Both the position numbers and the translations under genes were made by a program. A stretch of 63,324 nt of DNA, counting the filler, from Octopus bimaculoides (Eukaryota), in NCBI RefSeq assembly GCF_001194135.2. It is 6 parts of 6 records of this genome, joined end to end, with 100 filler letters (N's around TTAATTAATTAA, not from the genome) between each part and the next. Parts side by side here need not be neighbours in the genome. Positions count along the whole stretch, not along the records: positions 18,462 to 28,456 come from NC_068988.1; positions 28,557 to 52,334 come from NC_069001.1; 4 more parts are not named here. The stretch is one strand, 5' to 3'. A model generated the notes under the pieces. It worked only from the letters and a program-made list of their open reading frames with translations. It ran no database searches and was not told the DNA's origin. Below, piece after piece: positions 27,049 through 38,989 of this stretch; the first letter of the stretch is position 1, and each line of letters starts with the position of its first letter.

Positions 27049-27112
<64 letters not shown>
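25595..27112. repeat. Long inverted repeat: arms 25595-25730 and 26941-27112
   Basis: GATATTCCCTAACTGACGCATCTTCTGTTTGTAGTGCTGCAACAAAGTTGAAATCA.. is the reverse complement, with scattered mismatches, of ..TGATTTCAACTTTTTTGCAACACTACAAACAGAAGATACGCCAGTTTGGGAATATC; both arms end in (GATA)n. Confidence 0.85.
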
Positions 27113-27114
<2 letters not shown>

Positions 27115-27554
27115 CATATACTCTTATCTCTCGCGTACGCAGACACATACGCATAAATGTGAAGTAATTAAAAGAATCCGATAAAAAGTGCACCTACGAA
27201 AGAAACAAAATTTCTTTTCCTGAAGACATATGTAATAGATAGATTCGAAACTGCACGCTTCTGGGTCGCTATATTGGCAGAACGAAAAAAACAAAACGAC
27301 AAAAACAAAAAGACCCAAGACAAACAAACAAGAAAGCAGCTAAAATACCAACAAAGGCAACAAAATACTGCACATTATACAAGACTTGTACAATTGAATC
27401 AAACAACTTCGGCAGAAAACGCAATCTATTTGGCACAATTCTTCGTTCGTTTCCTTGAATCTTATCGCTCCGCTCGCTTTTTAATTTCCCTTATGATAAG
27501 AAATACATTTAAAAGAATTACAGTCATGTATTACACATTCTTTGCATTTAAGCC

Positions 27555-27622
27555 TTCTTCTTCTTCTTCTTCTTCTTCTTCTTCTTCTTCTTCTTCTTCT
27601 TCTTCTTCTTCTTCTTCTTCTT
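27555..27622. repeat. (TTC)n microsatellite
   Basis: Read directly from sequence. Confidence 0.97.
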
Positions 27623-28239
27623 CTGTTTTTATTTTTGTTACCTTTTTTATTTTATTCTTAATCAAACACAATCCTTTTCATTTTAACTTGTTTTTCTTTG
27701 TTTTTTTCTTTTTGCGGTTTTTCTTTTAGTTTCCTTTCGACCGTTCTATCTCTAATTGGATATTTTTGTAAGAAAATAAAACGTTATTTTGAAAACAATT
27801 CCTTGATAGGACTAACTTTCCCGCCACTGTACATTGTCGCCAACTTCTTCTTCCACCTCACCTTCTTTTTATCTACTTCTTTTTATTTTTTGATAAATCT
27901 AACATTCCCGCCAGCTATTTTGCTCACTACACTGTGAAAACTGATAGCTTTGTAAAAAGCGACGCCGCAAATTCACATTGCCATACTTAAATTCTGCATA
28001 TATTTGTCAAAGACGATATCTTTCAGCAATGTAATATATGTGTATGCATGCATGTATGTATGTATGTATGTATGTATGTATGTATGTGTGTATGTATGTA
28101 TACAAATGTGACGGTGTAAGTATGCATGCATGCATTTGCACACACACGCACACACACGCACATAAACACACACAAATCCGTACTTATAGACACGCATATA
28201 TACATACTTATACACGTGCATACATGCATACATATGCAG

Positions 28240-28274
<35 letters not shown>

Positions 28275-28760
28275 CATGTATATATATATATATAAACAAG
28301 TATTTATATTTATGTATATATGTATAATATGCATATATATATATATATAATAAATAATAAGTAATGTATATAATATACAATATAATATATATATATATAT
28401 ATATCTTTATCTACATATATACATATATATATATGTGTGTATATATATATATATATNNNNNNNNNNNNNNNNNNNNNNNNNNNNNNNNNNNNNNNNNNNN
28501 TTAATTAATTAANNNNNNNNNNNNNNNNNNNNNNNNNNNNNNNNNNNNNNNNNNNNTATATATGTATTTTTTTTTTTGCAAGTCTTTCCTTGTTTATTAA
28601 ATTTTTATTTTAATATGGTATCTCTTCGCATTTGTCGTAGGAGAGGGGTTGCTTCTTTCCACCTGGGTCTGATTAGGGAGCTTGTTAAGATATATTAAAT
28701 GGCAAGATACAGTAATCAATTAATCAATTGAACGAAATATGGACTTCGTATTTGTCATAA

Positions 28761-28821
<61 letters not shown>

Positions 28822-29186
28822 TGTGTGTGTGTGTGTATGTATGTATATGCATATGTGTGCAATATGCATGTATATATATGTGTATGTACATATACATATA
28901 TTTATATATGAACAAAGAGTTGTCACCGGAAAAATGTTATGTAATGAACTTCATAAGCTTGCAGCTGTTTCTGCTATTGAATGTGGTGGTCTCTTATTTG
29001 AGTCGCTGGGTAACATCTCCTAGCTTCATCAGAGCCTTGAATACGGAGTGCACTTTATTTGGGAAAATTACGTTTTCAGGATATACAGGCGTTAGGAGTG
29101 AGGAAGTTAATGCCGATGGAAAGGTATGTTCGAAAATAGAAAAACATATGCAAATATACGTTATTAGTCTCGCTATGCCTTCCTTA

Positions 29187-29218
<32 letters not shown>

Positions 29219-29253
29219 TATTTATATACATATATAAAATATGTGTGTATGTG

Positions 29254-29288
<35 letters not shown>

Positions 29289-29320
29289 ATATATATATAT
29301 ATATATATATAAACATATGA

Positions 29321-29687
29321 GTATGCAGACGTGGCTGTCTGGTATGAAACTTGCTTCCTAACCATATGGTTCCGGGTTCAGTCCCACTGCGTGGCACCTA
29401 AGGCTTGTATCTTCTACTATAGCCCCGGGCCGACGAGTCTTTTGAGCGGATTTTATAGACGGTAACTGAAAGAAGCCCGTTGTATATATATTATGTGTGT
29501 GTGTGTGTGTGTGTCCCACCGCCGCTTGACAACCGCTGTTGGTGTGTTTACGTGCCCATAACTTAGCGATAGAATAAGTACCAGGCTTAGCAATAAAAAT
29601 AAGTAATGGTGTTAATTCTCCGATTAAAAATTCTTCCCGGTGGTGCCCCAGCATGACCCCAGTCTAATAACTGAAACAATTAAAAGT
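29321..29687 (+). mobile_element. SINE family A, full length
   Basis: GGTTCCGGGTTCAGTCCCACTGCGTGGCACC head; GATAGAATAAGTACCAGGC body; CAGCATGACC..CTGAAACAA tail. Confidence 0.88.
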
Positions 29688-29789
29688 TAAAACATCACAG
29701 TATCGACCAGACTATCAGATGATCGTATACACCGCTGTTCACAATACGCTTCGCTTTGTTTTAGCTTTCGAATGTTGCCACACCGCAGG

Positions 29790-30003
29790 GAAGGCGGGTT
29801 GGCGGGCGATCGGGCTAGCAGACTAACATCCTGTTTCCTGGATGGAACGTCAGTCCGGCGTAGGGTTACCAATCAACAGGAGAGTGAACTGCTGCAGCGT
29901 GAAATGAAGCGTTCTGCTCAAGAATAGACCGCACTACCTGCCTGGGAACTGAAACCACGATCTCGTGATTGTGAATGCAACGCCCTAACCAGCTGGCTAC
30001 GCA

Positions 30004-30008
<5 letters not shown>
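29790..30008 (-). mobile_element. SINE family E (tRNA head + TTGAGCA..CTTCATTTCAC core)
   Basis: The reverse complement shows a tRNA-like head and TCTTGAGCAGAACGCTTCATTTCACG, shared with 41608-41760. Confidence 0.6.
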
Positions 30009-30045
<37 letters not shown>

Positions 30046-30055
30046 NNNNNNNNNN

Positions 30056-30105
<50 letters not shown>

Positions 30106-30648
30106 GTTTGTGTATGCATGTTTATGTATATAGAGCAGTATCTATATAGAGATAGATAGATAGAAAGATACATATAAACATCTATATATATACTTATATA
30201 TGTACACACACAGGCATACATATATACACACACATATATATATACATATATTTATGCATGTATATATACGTATATATATATATATATTTATATACACTTA
30301 CATTATATTTAAGTAAATATATACACACATATATATCGTATTTACTAAATATTTTTTGCTATTTCTCATAAGCAATTCTCCCTACATTAGATTTTGTGAG
30401 ACATTTGTGTATATATTCCCTATTCTCATGACTCAGTATTTATGATTCGCCTTCCGTAGTGTATACGGTTCAATACAACGCCCTATGTATATATATTTAT
30501 ATTTTTGTCATAATTATTACATCCTCACAGAGAAATACCACCCATCTCTGTATTTCTATGACAACGCTTTCTGTTGTGGGATGTGTACTTTGCCAAAGAA
30601 TATGTAGTCTTTAACTTTATGTCTGTCATTGTTTTGAAGCATTGGTCT

Positions 30649-30815
30649 GTATGCATACTAATGTACCATCTATGTCCCTAATAAGGTACTGTTTGTGTCC
30701 ATACTAAGGTATCGTTTGTTTCCATTCTAAGGGACGTTCTGTGTTCGTACTTTGGTAGTGTGGGTAGATCTGTTCATTCCGAGGTACCATGTGCGTGCAA
30801 ACTTTGGTACTGTCG
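30649..30815. repeat. Degenerate 23-bp minisatellite, about 7 units
   Basis: Units such as GTGTCCATACTAAGGTATCGTTT, GTTTCCATTCTAAGGGACGTTCT and ATGTCCCTAATAAGGTACTGTTT at 23-nt spacing. Confidence 0.75.
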
Positions 30816-31910
30816 GTCTCCATTTTGCGTTACCGGCTTCCAAACAACTGGGGATATCAACCCCGCTACGTATTTTGTTCTATTGTCCATTTTATCGATA
30901 TCTACTTGCCTAACCGATATTAGATACAGGATACAAGAACAGACAAACGTGCATATACACACTTATATGCTATACTGCTTTCAGTAGTATAGTAACGATC
31001 TCTTTTTCTCATATCTTCGTAATTAGTAGATTATGTTTAACGTGGAACGATTACGTTACTAAACGCATAAAAGTTTCAGGGCTTTCTCGATTCCAACAAA
31101 GTAAATGAGAACTGATGACAATGCAGTATTGATGCGTTTTGTAGTAGAAATCGAAGGATCATTGAAATGATGATATAACAATAAAGTCCAGATAACATTT
31201 CATAGCATATATAACACGCGTTCTATATACTCGCATACGTTTATTTTCGGTTTGTGCCTCGCTATTACTTAGGCTTTCAAAGCTCATCTTTTCTTTTTAT
31301 GTTTCTGTAAAGGATGCCAGTGTTATCAACTAATGTTTTCCTTTTATCTACATATAACACTTTCATTTCGATACCCTGTTTCACATATGAATTTGCACTT
31401 GTGTGCTTCTCTTTGTTTATTAATGTATATGAGTATGTTCTGTTTTCGTATCCTTCGAAGGCCAGCTTTACATTTCGTCCAGCCGTCGCTAATGAGGAAC
31501 GAGGGTAAAATATACAACAGCAAGATACAATGGTTTATACGTTCGCTCATAGAAATAGACCTCGTAGGAGATCTTGTGTGAATGTCATATATCAATGTAT
31601 TTATGTATACGTGAATATATAAAAACATGCGTGCGTGTGTATGTATATGAATGCATGTGTGTGTGTCTTCAACTTTTATTAGCTATTAGAATTCTTCCGA
31701 GAAGGAAGAAGTTGGTTTCTAACAAAACAAAAAAAGCTCTTTTGCGAGAATTTCCTAAACAACAGCGGTAACGGCTACATATCGAACTTTAAGAAATTCT
31801 TGCATACTTTTACTCTTCCACTTACAGATTGTATCTGTAAAGTTCGTGTTAATCGGTTTGTTTCTTAACTTAGAAATCTCAACTTCTCCCGACTGTCACT
31901 TAAACATTTA

Positions 31911-31986
31911 CTAATATAATCAAATGCACCAATGAGCATTGGTACATTTGCTAACATAATCAAATGCACCAATGAGGATTGGTACA
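31911..31986. repeat. 40-bp tandem duplication with palindromic double-CCAAT core
   Basis: CTAA(T/C)ATAATCAAATGCACCAATGAG(C/G)ATTGGTACA twice. Confidence 0.9.
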
Positions 31987-32317
31987 AATATAAATTTATA
32001 CTCGGAGTAGAGGAGTTGCAGGTTTTAAAGCACTTCTGATTTTGGAGAGGTTCACATCTGCAAGGCAGCTAATCTCAATGACTGTACATGTGCTTTCTTT
32101 TCAGCCCTAATAAAAATGTCAGGTCTATTATTTTTTAACTTGATAGTTGTACCAGGAATATTCATTGTGCTGGCATGTCTCTATGTACGTATGCATGCAT
32201 GTATGTATTTATGTATTTATGTATGTATGTATGTATGTTTGTATGTATGTATGTATGTATGGATGGATGGATGGATGGATGGATGGATGGATGGATGAAA
32301 TGTATGTATGTATACGA

Positions 32318-32560
32318 TCTTTGGGTTAGGGTGTTTTCCAGCCGACCTGTACTAATAAGGCACATGAAAGTACACAACCAAAGTGCAGTGCAGAAAGAGC
32401 ACCAACTGTAATACAAGAACACAAATGCTGCACCTGTAACAAAGCTATAAGTCACTTACTGGTTTTCAAAGCCATCGTAGGTCCCACAATCAACGCAACT
32501 GAAAAGCAGAAATAAGATAACTTGCCAGCGATAGTTATACTCGTCTAAGGAGTCGATAGC
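32318..32560 (+). mobile_element. Degenerate twin C2H2 zinc-finger sequence, probably an RTE-like LINE 3' end
   Basis: RVFSSRPVLIRHMKVH and, after shifts, HKCCTCNKA..SLTGFQSHRRSH; broken by a stop and frameshifts. Confidence 0.45.
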
Positions 32561-33576
32561 CTCCATTCTGTTTATGCATGTAAGTATGTATGTATGTATT
32601 TTTATACGTATGTTTGTATGTATGTATGTATACTTCGTGTTCTCTATTGTGGTCTACTCACATGCGACGTCGAGGCAAATGCATGGCCATTCGCCCAGAA
32701 AGTGTCGTACATGTATGCCAGATGTTGCAGTTTTGGTCATGACGTTTACAACTATCAAGTTTACTTTGAAACTTCTGTACTCTATTGGTCGTCTTCTGTA
32801 TCTTCCGTGGCTTGCAAGCTTACGGTTCCCCATTGGTAAAAGGTGTTTGTAATATATTGAGACGGCCAGATCATACTTAGGTGCCTTACAATATGTGCTA
32901 TACTCCATGAGGGTCTTTCTGAATGATGCATTCAGTTGTTCTATTACTAGGGTGTATTTGATTCGTGTAGTATACTAAAATTTTGATCAGTGTGTGTTTA
33001 TTGTTTGTTGGGTCTGTTGTATCTTTCATGGTAAAGTCAATTTATTCTTGTTCTACTGCTTGGTCTCTTTACCTGTTCAAGTAGCATTTGGTCAAGGACA
33101 AGAATAAGATATGTGTGTGTGCGTGTGTATTTGCAAGTGTGTAGGCTTGTGTGCATGTCTATGTTTATGTGAGTGTGTGCATGTGTGTATGTGTATGTGT
33201 GTGCGTGCGGGCGTGTGTGCGGGCGCCCGCGTAAGCGCGCGTATTTATCTGTTCTCATTATGATCGGTTTAACCTCTGATCATCTTCGGATGCACCCGAA
33301 GCTCTACAATTGTATGTTGCACTGTGTATTATATATAAAAGTAATCAACTTGTACCGAAATAATTTAATTAAAGTAAACCTGCAGCATATCTGCACACAC
33401 ACACACACACACACACACATACTGCACCAAACCACCCCACCACAGAAACATACGCATATATTATGCACAAGACTGAATAAGTACTGAAATAAATTTATAT
33501 ATAAAAAAAAAACCTTTAGCTATGATTAAAAATTATAATAGTGAAAATAAATTCCTTGTCTGGTTTCGATATGCAG

Positions 33577-33813
33577 AGGTCAAAAGAGCGGTAAGTCACC
33601 TGACCGATCATTTCACAGCTTGTTGATCGCTCCTCCGAAAAGACGCCCTCACTTTCCTGCAATATATAGCGACAGATGTTATATAATCTATACTATCAAA
33701 TGGGGAAAAAGATGGAGTACGACTTCTCTGAGGAACGATCAACGAACACTGAAACGATCTGTCAGGGAACTCGACCATTTTTTCCACTCATCGAAGACAT
33801 AGAAAGACCATAA
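33577..33813 (+). other. Candidate exon pair of an unidentified gene (14-nt exon, 79-nt intron, terminal exon)
   Basis: Acceptor ..TTCGATATGCAG|33577; donor GTAAGT at 33591; acceptor ..CCTGCAATATATAG|33670; open frame RQMLYNLYYQMGKKMEYDFSEERSTNTETICQGTRPFFPLIEDIERP*. No homolog recognised. Confidence 0.3.
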
Positions 33814-34015
33814 ATTACATTCTCAAATTACTCATTATCAAAGAAAAGTCATTCTTATATATGCATATACATATGCATGTATATGCATATACATGTGTGT
33901 GTGTCTTTGTATATATATATATATATATACATATATCAGAGTTTGTATGATTGTGTACAGCTATCATACATATATATATATATATATATATATNNNNNNN
34001 NNNGTGTACAGCTAA

Positions 34016-34274
34016 ACATATTAGCCAATGAAATTCCAACACCGTCTGATATTCAAGTTTTACTCTTGTATTTTGCTACAATTTTACAACTGACTGTCAA
34101 TTGTGAAGCTCAGCTGTCGATTAATACTGCAACTACATAAGTCTGAAGATTATGGAAAGCATGAAAGTACCTCACAGCTGTGCATTACATTTGACAGTCA
34201 ACTATATAATTGTAATAAAATACAAAAATAAGGCCTGAAAGTCAGACCAGGTTGAATTTCATTGGCTAATATGT
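34016..34274. mobile_element. Fold-back MITE with long imperfect TIRs
   Basis: ACATATTAGCCAATGAAATTCCAAC / GTTGAATTTCATTGGCTAATATGT plus an inner pair TTGTATTTTG..GACTGTCAA / TTGACAGTC..AAAATACAA. Confidence 0.75.
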
Positions 34275-34656
34275 GTATATGTGTGTGTATGTGTATGTGT
34301 GTTTCTATGTATATATATGCGCATGTGTATGTATGTATGTATGTATATANNNNNNNNNNATGTATGCATGTATGTATGTATATATGTACGTATGTATATA
34401 TGTATGTATGAATGTATGTATAACAATAAATAGAGCCAAGATTCATAAATAAAAATTTCCCCAAATTACCGGGGCAAGTAACTAAATCAATAAATAAGGG
34501 AGTAGAAGGGTATAGAAATAGAGATATGAAACAAGTCGGCAGTGTTTTATTGATAATAACTTCCGGTTAAGTCAGCAACAGCGTCCGCTATATTACAAGG
34601 CAAAAAAGAGACAAGAGAAATTTGATATCTCTCTTTGATATTGTGGTTTATTGCAG

Positions 34657-34704
34657 TTGACTGACATTGTCATCACTTGTATTGGAAACAAATGCGACAG
34701 GATA
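34657..34704 (+). other. Candidate exon encoding a small-GTPase G4-like motif
   Basis: Acceptor ..GTGGTTTATTGCAG| then LTDIVITCIGNKCDRI; only a weak donor (GTTGGC) follows. Confidence 0.3.
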
Positions 34705-35299
34705 GTTGGCTGCCTACCCTGTTTGGAACATTAAAAGTGACGCGTATTAAAGTGCAAGCATCTCGCATGACTATGCGGGTATATAATAGATGCGAACAAT
34801 ACGTACGTACATACATACATACATACATGCATTCATGCATACAAGCATAGATACATNNNNNNNNNNATATATGAATTTATATGTATATGCATTTGACGAA
34901 CATACATGAACACTATGTATACATTTAATGTATATACATATATATTACATGTATGTAATAAGTGAAGAATGGAACAGCTGATATTACATTTGTTCCATGG
35001 TTTACAATTGTTTCATCAACATCCAGGTGATAAATCAAACATATATGTAGACATTGATGAGAACAAATATATAGTCATGCCCATTATATTATGTATATTG
35101 CATAAGAGCCTTCACAGTCATTAAATTATAACCGAACGAACGAACATAAAACAAAAACAAGTTGGCTTATTTCACTAACTGCGGATAGTAGTGGTGGTGC
35201 CGGTGGCGCTGCTGTAGGAGTGTTAGTGTGCCTGAAATGGTATTGTGGTAGTAGAGTAGGCTGCCGTGGAGCTCGCAATGTTAGTAGTCGTACTAATGA

Positions 35300-35308
35300 A
35301 GTAGTAGC

Positions 35309-35375
<67 letters not shown>
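35300..35375. repeat. (TAG)n microsatellite
   Basis: Read directly from sequence. Confidence 0.97.
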
Positions 35376-35764
35376 CAACAACAGCGCCCTACATTGATAT
35401 GTATATAGCATAATTCCATACACTATCCAGTTGTTAAAAACAGGACTAACGTGCTCACACACACCCACACGCACATATACATACATACACACTATATATG
35501 CACACACACACACACACACCTATGAACCTATATACTCACACACACACACACGCACACACGCACACACACACACATTAACACTCATCAGTAAGTTACAGAA
35601 GACACGTACAAAACTAGTTACCATCTAACTGTCACCTGTTTCCCTTTCATTTCAAACACGAACCCCCACCTCTCTCTCTCTCACACTCTCCCTCTCTTTA
35701 TCTCTCTCTCTCTATCTATTTATCTATCTTACCCTGTCTCTCTCAGCTTCCGCTTGTGCCATTG

Positions 35765-35795
<31 letters not shown>

Positions 35796-36747
35796 CATCA
35801 TCGTTATCATCAACACGTTCTTCCACTTAATTCCCCTGTTCTTCTTTACCGCTCTCGCTATCTCCTTCTTTTTCTCATTCTACCTTTTTTCTCCCATGCG
35901 CGCGCGCGTGTGTGCGTGCTTGTACATACATATGTATACAAGAATTACATATAAGCTAATGCTATCATAATACAGCAGTATTCCAAAAGCCTTAGAGTGC
36001 CTTTAGTAAACTGGAAGGGGTACACCAAGCGAAGATGAAACAAACAAAATCGGCTTAGCATATGCATGTATCTTAATGTAAATGTATACATACATGCACA
36101 TACATATATATACATATGTGTTTGTATATAATTATATAATTGGATTTATATTCAAATTGTATGACAAACTGTGTGTAGAACTCCATGTGTATCCCGAAGG
36201 AAAAGTGAATGGAGGACTTGTATTACATTCCAAGTTGCACTTGATTCGAGTCTACTGTGTCTGTAGGTCACAGGGTACATATACATACATATTTATATAT
36301 ATTTATGTGCGTGTGTTTGTGTGTGTGTGTGTGTGCATGTATGCGTGTGTGCATTTAACTCTGTGTGTGTGTATGTGTAATTCCCTTTACTCTGTACAAT
36401 ACCTGTCTGTCACTGTGACAGTATTTACTATTATATATTCATATACAAAGATATCCGGCGGGGCCCAGACATATCTTACACTGACAGAGAAAGAGAGAGA
36501 AATAAAGACACCAAGTATGAAGTGAGGGAGGAGAAAATTAGAGGGAAGGGTACATATATAGTACATTCAAATATATACGCATATATATTTATACGAACAC
36601 ACAAGCGTGCACACATACACAAACTCACATATATATGCGTATGCTATACAACGGGTTTTTGACTTTCCAATCAGCTGACAGAGACCGATTGAACGAAACG
36701 TTAGTCTAGTGAGGGGTTCCTTTTTATCTCACACATATATATTTTAT

Positions 36748-36800
<53 letters not shown>

Positions 36801-37026
36801 NNNNNNNNNNNNNNNNNNNNNNNNNNNNNNNNNNNNNNNNNNNNNNNNNNNNNNNNNNNNNNNNNNNNNNNNNNNNNNNNNNNNNNNNNNNNNNNNNNNN
36901 NNNNNNNNNNNNNNNNNNNNNNNNNNNNNNNNNNNNNNNNNNNNNNNNNNNNNNNNNNNNNNNNNNNNNNNNNNNNNNNNNNNNNNNNNNNNNNNNNNNN
37001 NNNNNNNNNNNNNNNNNNNNNNNNNN

Positions 37027-37054
<28 letters not shown>

Positions 37055-37058
<4 letters not shown>

Positions 37059-37330
37059 CAAAATGGGACAAGAATGCAAAACATCCGGACAGTTAGGTGA
37101 TACAAAAATGGGACAACAAAACATCTAGACACAGGATACAAAGAAAACAAAGACGGGTCATTCGAAGTTTTCTTTCCTCAGTCGAGTACCAGATTATCTT
37201 CGCAATTTCGGCTGATATATATATAGCCTTTATGGTCTGGCTAAGTCAAAATGATTTTCTGTATTCTTCCTTCCCACTTTATACAGACAAACATATACAC
37301 ACGTATGCTTTTGAACGAAGTGTTAGATGA
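37055..37330. mobile_element. Probable Penelope-type terminal-repeat fragment
   Basis: Internal direct repeat ATACAAAA(A)TGGGACAA..AAAACATC and TTTCG-type motifs resembling other PLE ends; family assignment from memory only. Confidence 0.35.
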
Positions 37331-37848
37331 GTATAGAGCGGTAATATGAAAAAGAGATGACGAAGGAAAATGATGGTTATGTTATGAACTTCATTGGCTT
37401 ACTGCTGTTTCTGCTATGAGGTGCAGTGGATTCTTAGTTGAGTTCCTGAATGACATCTTATAGCTTTATCTGTGCCTTGAATGTGAAATGCAATTTATGA
37501 AGGAAAAAGAATTAAATTTGCGCAAAATACAGGGAAGGCATTACCAGGGAGAAAATCACTACTGATGTATATAAAAAAAAAAGTGTATATCCAAAAGACA
37601 ATGAGATTTAATAGTAGTAATATATGTATGTATGTATATATAGGCACCCCCCACACACACAGTACACAGATACACACACACAGACACACACACATATATA
37701 TATATATATATATGTACATACATGTATATGTACACCTACATATATACACACACACAAAATATGTCGGAGTCTGTGGAGCAGATTGCACATGCACCCCAAG
37801 AGGTAAAGTCTTGCCTCACACACACACACCCATACACACACACACACG

Positions 37849-37917
<69 letters not shown>

Positions 37918-37920
<3 letters not shown>

Positions 37921-37998
37921 GTGTCACGCTCATTCCACATGAGAATTACGTTAAGGGTACCCGTGTCTGTAAAGTATTCAGCCACTTGTATGCTAAAA
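37918..37998 (+). mobile_element. Isolated fragment homologous to the SINE C central domain
   Basis: TGTGTCACGCT..GAGAATTACGTTAAGGGTACCCGTGTCTGTAAAGTATTCAGCCACTTG matches 61323-61395; a similar fragment lies at 13925-13975. Confidence 0.7.
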
Positions 37999-38094
37999 CA
38001 ACGGATAGCCTTTTCCATTCATCGAACTTTTGGAACGATCATTGTTGAATCGACGGAGATCCATTGATTATTTACGTGGCTCATAGTAAGTTAA

Positions 38095-38187
38095 CTAGAG
38101 TATCCCTTCACTAGAGTATCCCTTCACTAGAGTATCCCTTCACTAGGGTATCCCTTCACTAGAGTATCCCTTCACTAGAGTATCCCT
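38095..38187. repeat. 16-bp minisatellite (CTAGAGTATCCCTTCA) x5.8
   Basis: Contiguous units, no spacers; one internal substitution (CTAGGG) and a truncated last unit. Confidence 0.95.
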
Positions 38188-38789
38188 CTATCTTGAAATC
38201 ACAACACAAAGTCAATGATTTCAATGGTGCATTCCAATAGCCGCCATACGTTTTGTATTTTGTTCGATGTTGGTGCATGAAATTTTTGGTTGTTGTCTCA
38301 ACGATCAAGAGACTCTAGCAATGGTTTCCATCATTTTTCCAGTTTCTATTTCATTTTTCATATGATAAAGAGATATGATACTGTTTTTTTACTCCAAATA
38401 AAGAAATTACGATGTCCTGAAGAAAACTCGCGACACACTGCAACAACAGTGCACTACGGTTAAGAAGGAGTGAGTTAGAATGTACAACTTTGCTTAATAT
38501 TTCATTCATCGGTTTTAGGCCATTATTGAACGTTAAATTAAATCTCTCCACTGAATCGTAGTAAGAAATTAGAGCTTAGTAGCTGATCACCTATACAGAT
38601 CACCTAGACGATATGTAATCGATTGATCAGTTGGATCATAGTATAGGACCATCAGCAATGACCACTATATTGAATCTTCTAATCACGCACTCAACAACAA
38701 AACTCAGCTCACTTTTAGCTGTGTGAACTGATTGGAGTATCGAGCAATAAAGCGCCCCGGGGTGAAGCGGAACGTGTAGTCAGGCCCGA

Positions 38790-38870
38790 GAGTTGATTAA
38801 CAAAACTCTTCAAGGTGATGCCACAGCATGGCCGCAGTCTACAGCCTACTGTTTGAAACAAGTAAAAGGA
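38790..38870 (+). mobile_element. SINE family A 3' tail fragment
   Basis: GGTGATGCCACAGCATGGCCGCAGTC..TGAAACAAGTAAAAG. Confidence 0.7.
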
Positions 38871-38879
38871 ATGCATGTT

Positions 38880-38910
<31 letters not shown>

Positions 38911-38940
38911 GTGTGTGTGTGCGCGCGCGTGTGCGTGGGG

Positions 38941-38989
<49 letters not shown>

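Noticed and set aside
27226-27290. Peptide TYVIDRFETARFWVAIL resembling Rab 'SFxxAKFW'
   Set aside because: No usable splice donor and it runs into low-complexity sequence; chance similarity is likely.
32654-32908. 84-aa minus-strand ORF ending at a GTGAGT donor-like site
   Set aside because: No recognisable homology or good acceptor; several frames on both strands are open, so the strand cannot be chosen.
36672-36705. Hammerhead-like CTGACAGA..GAAACGTT
   Set aside because: Extra base in the core, and helices I and II do not pair.
38095-38187. CRISPR-like appearance of short repeats
   Set aside because: No spacers, and eukaryotic context.
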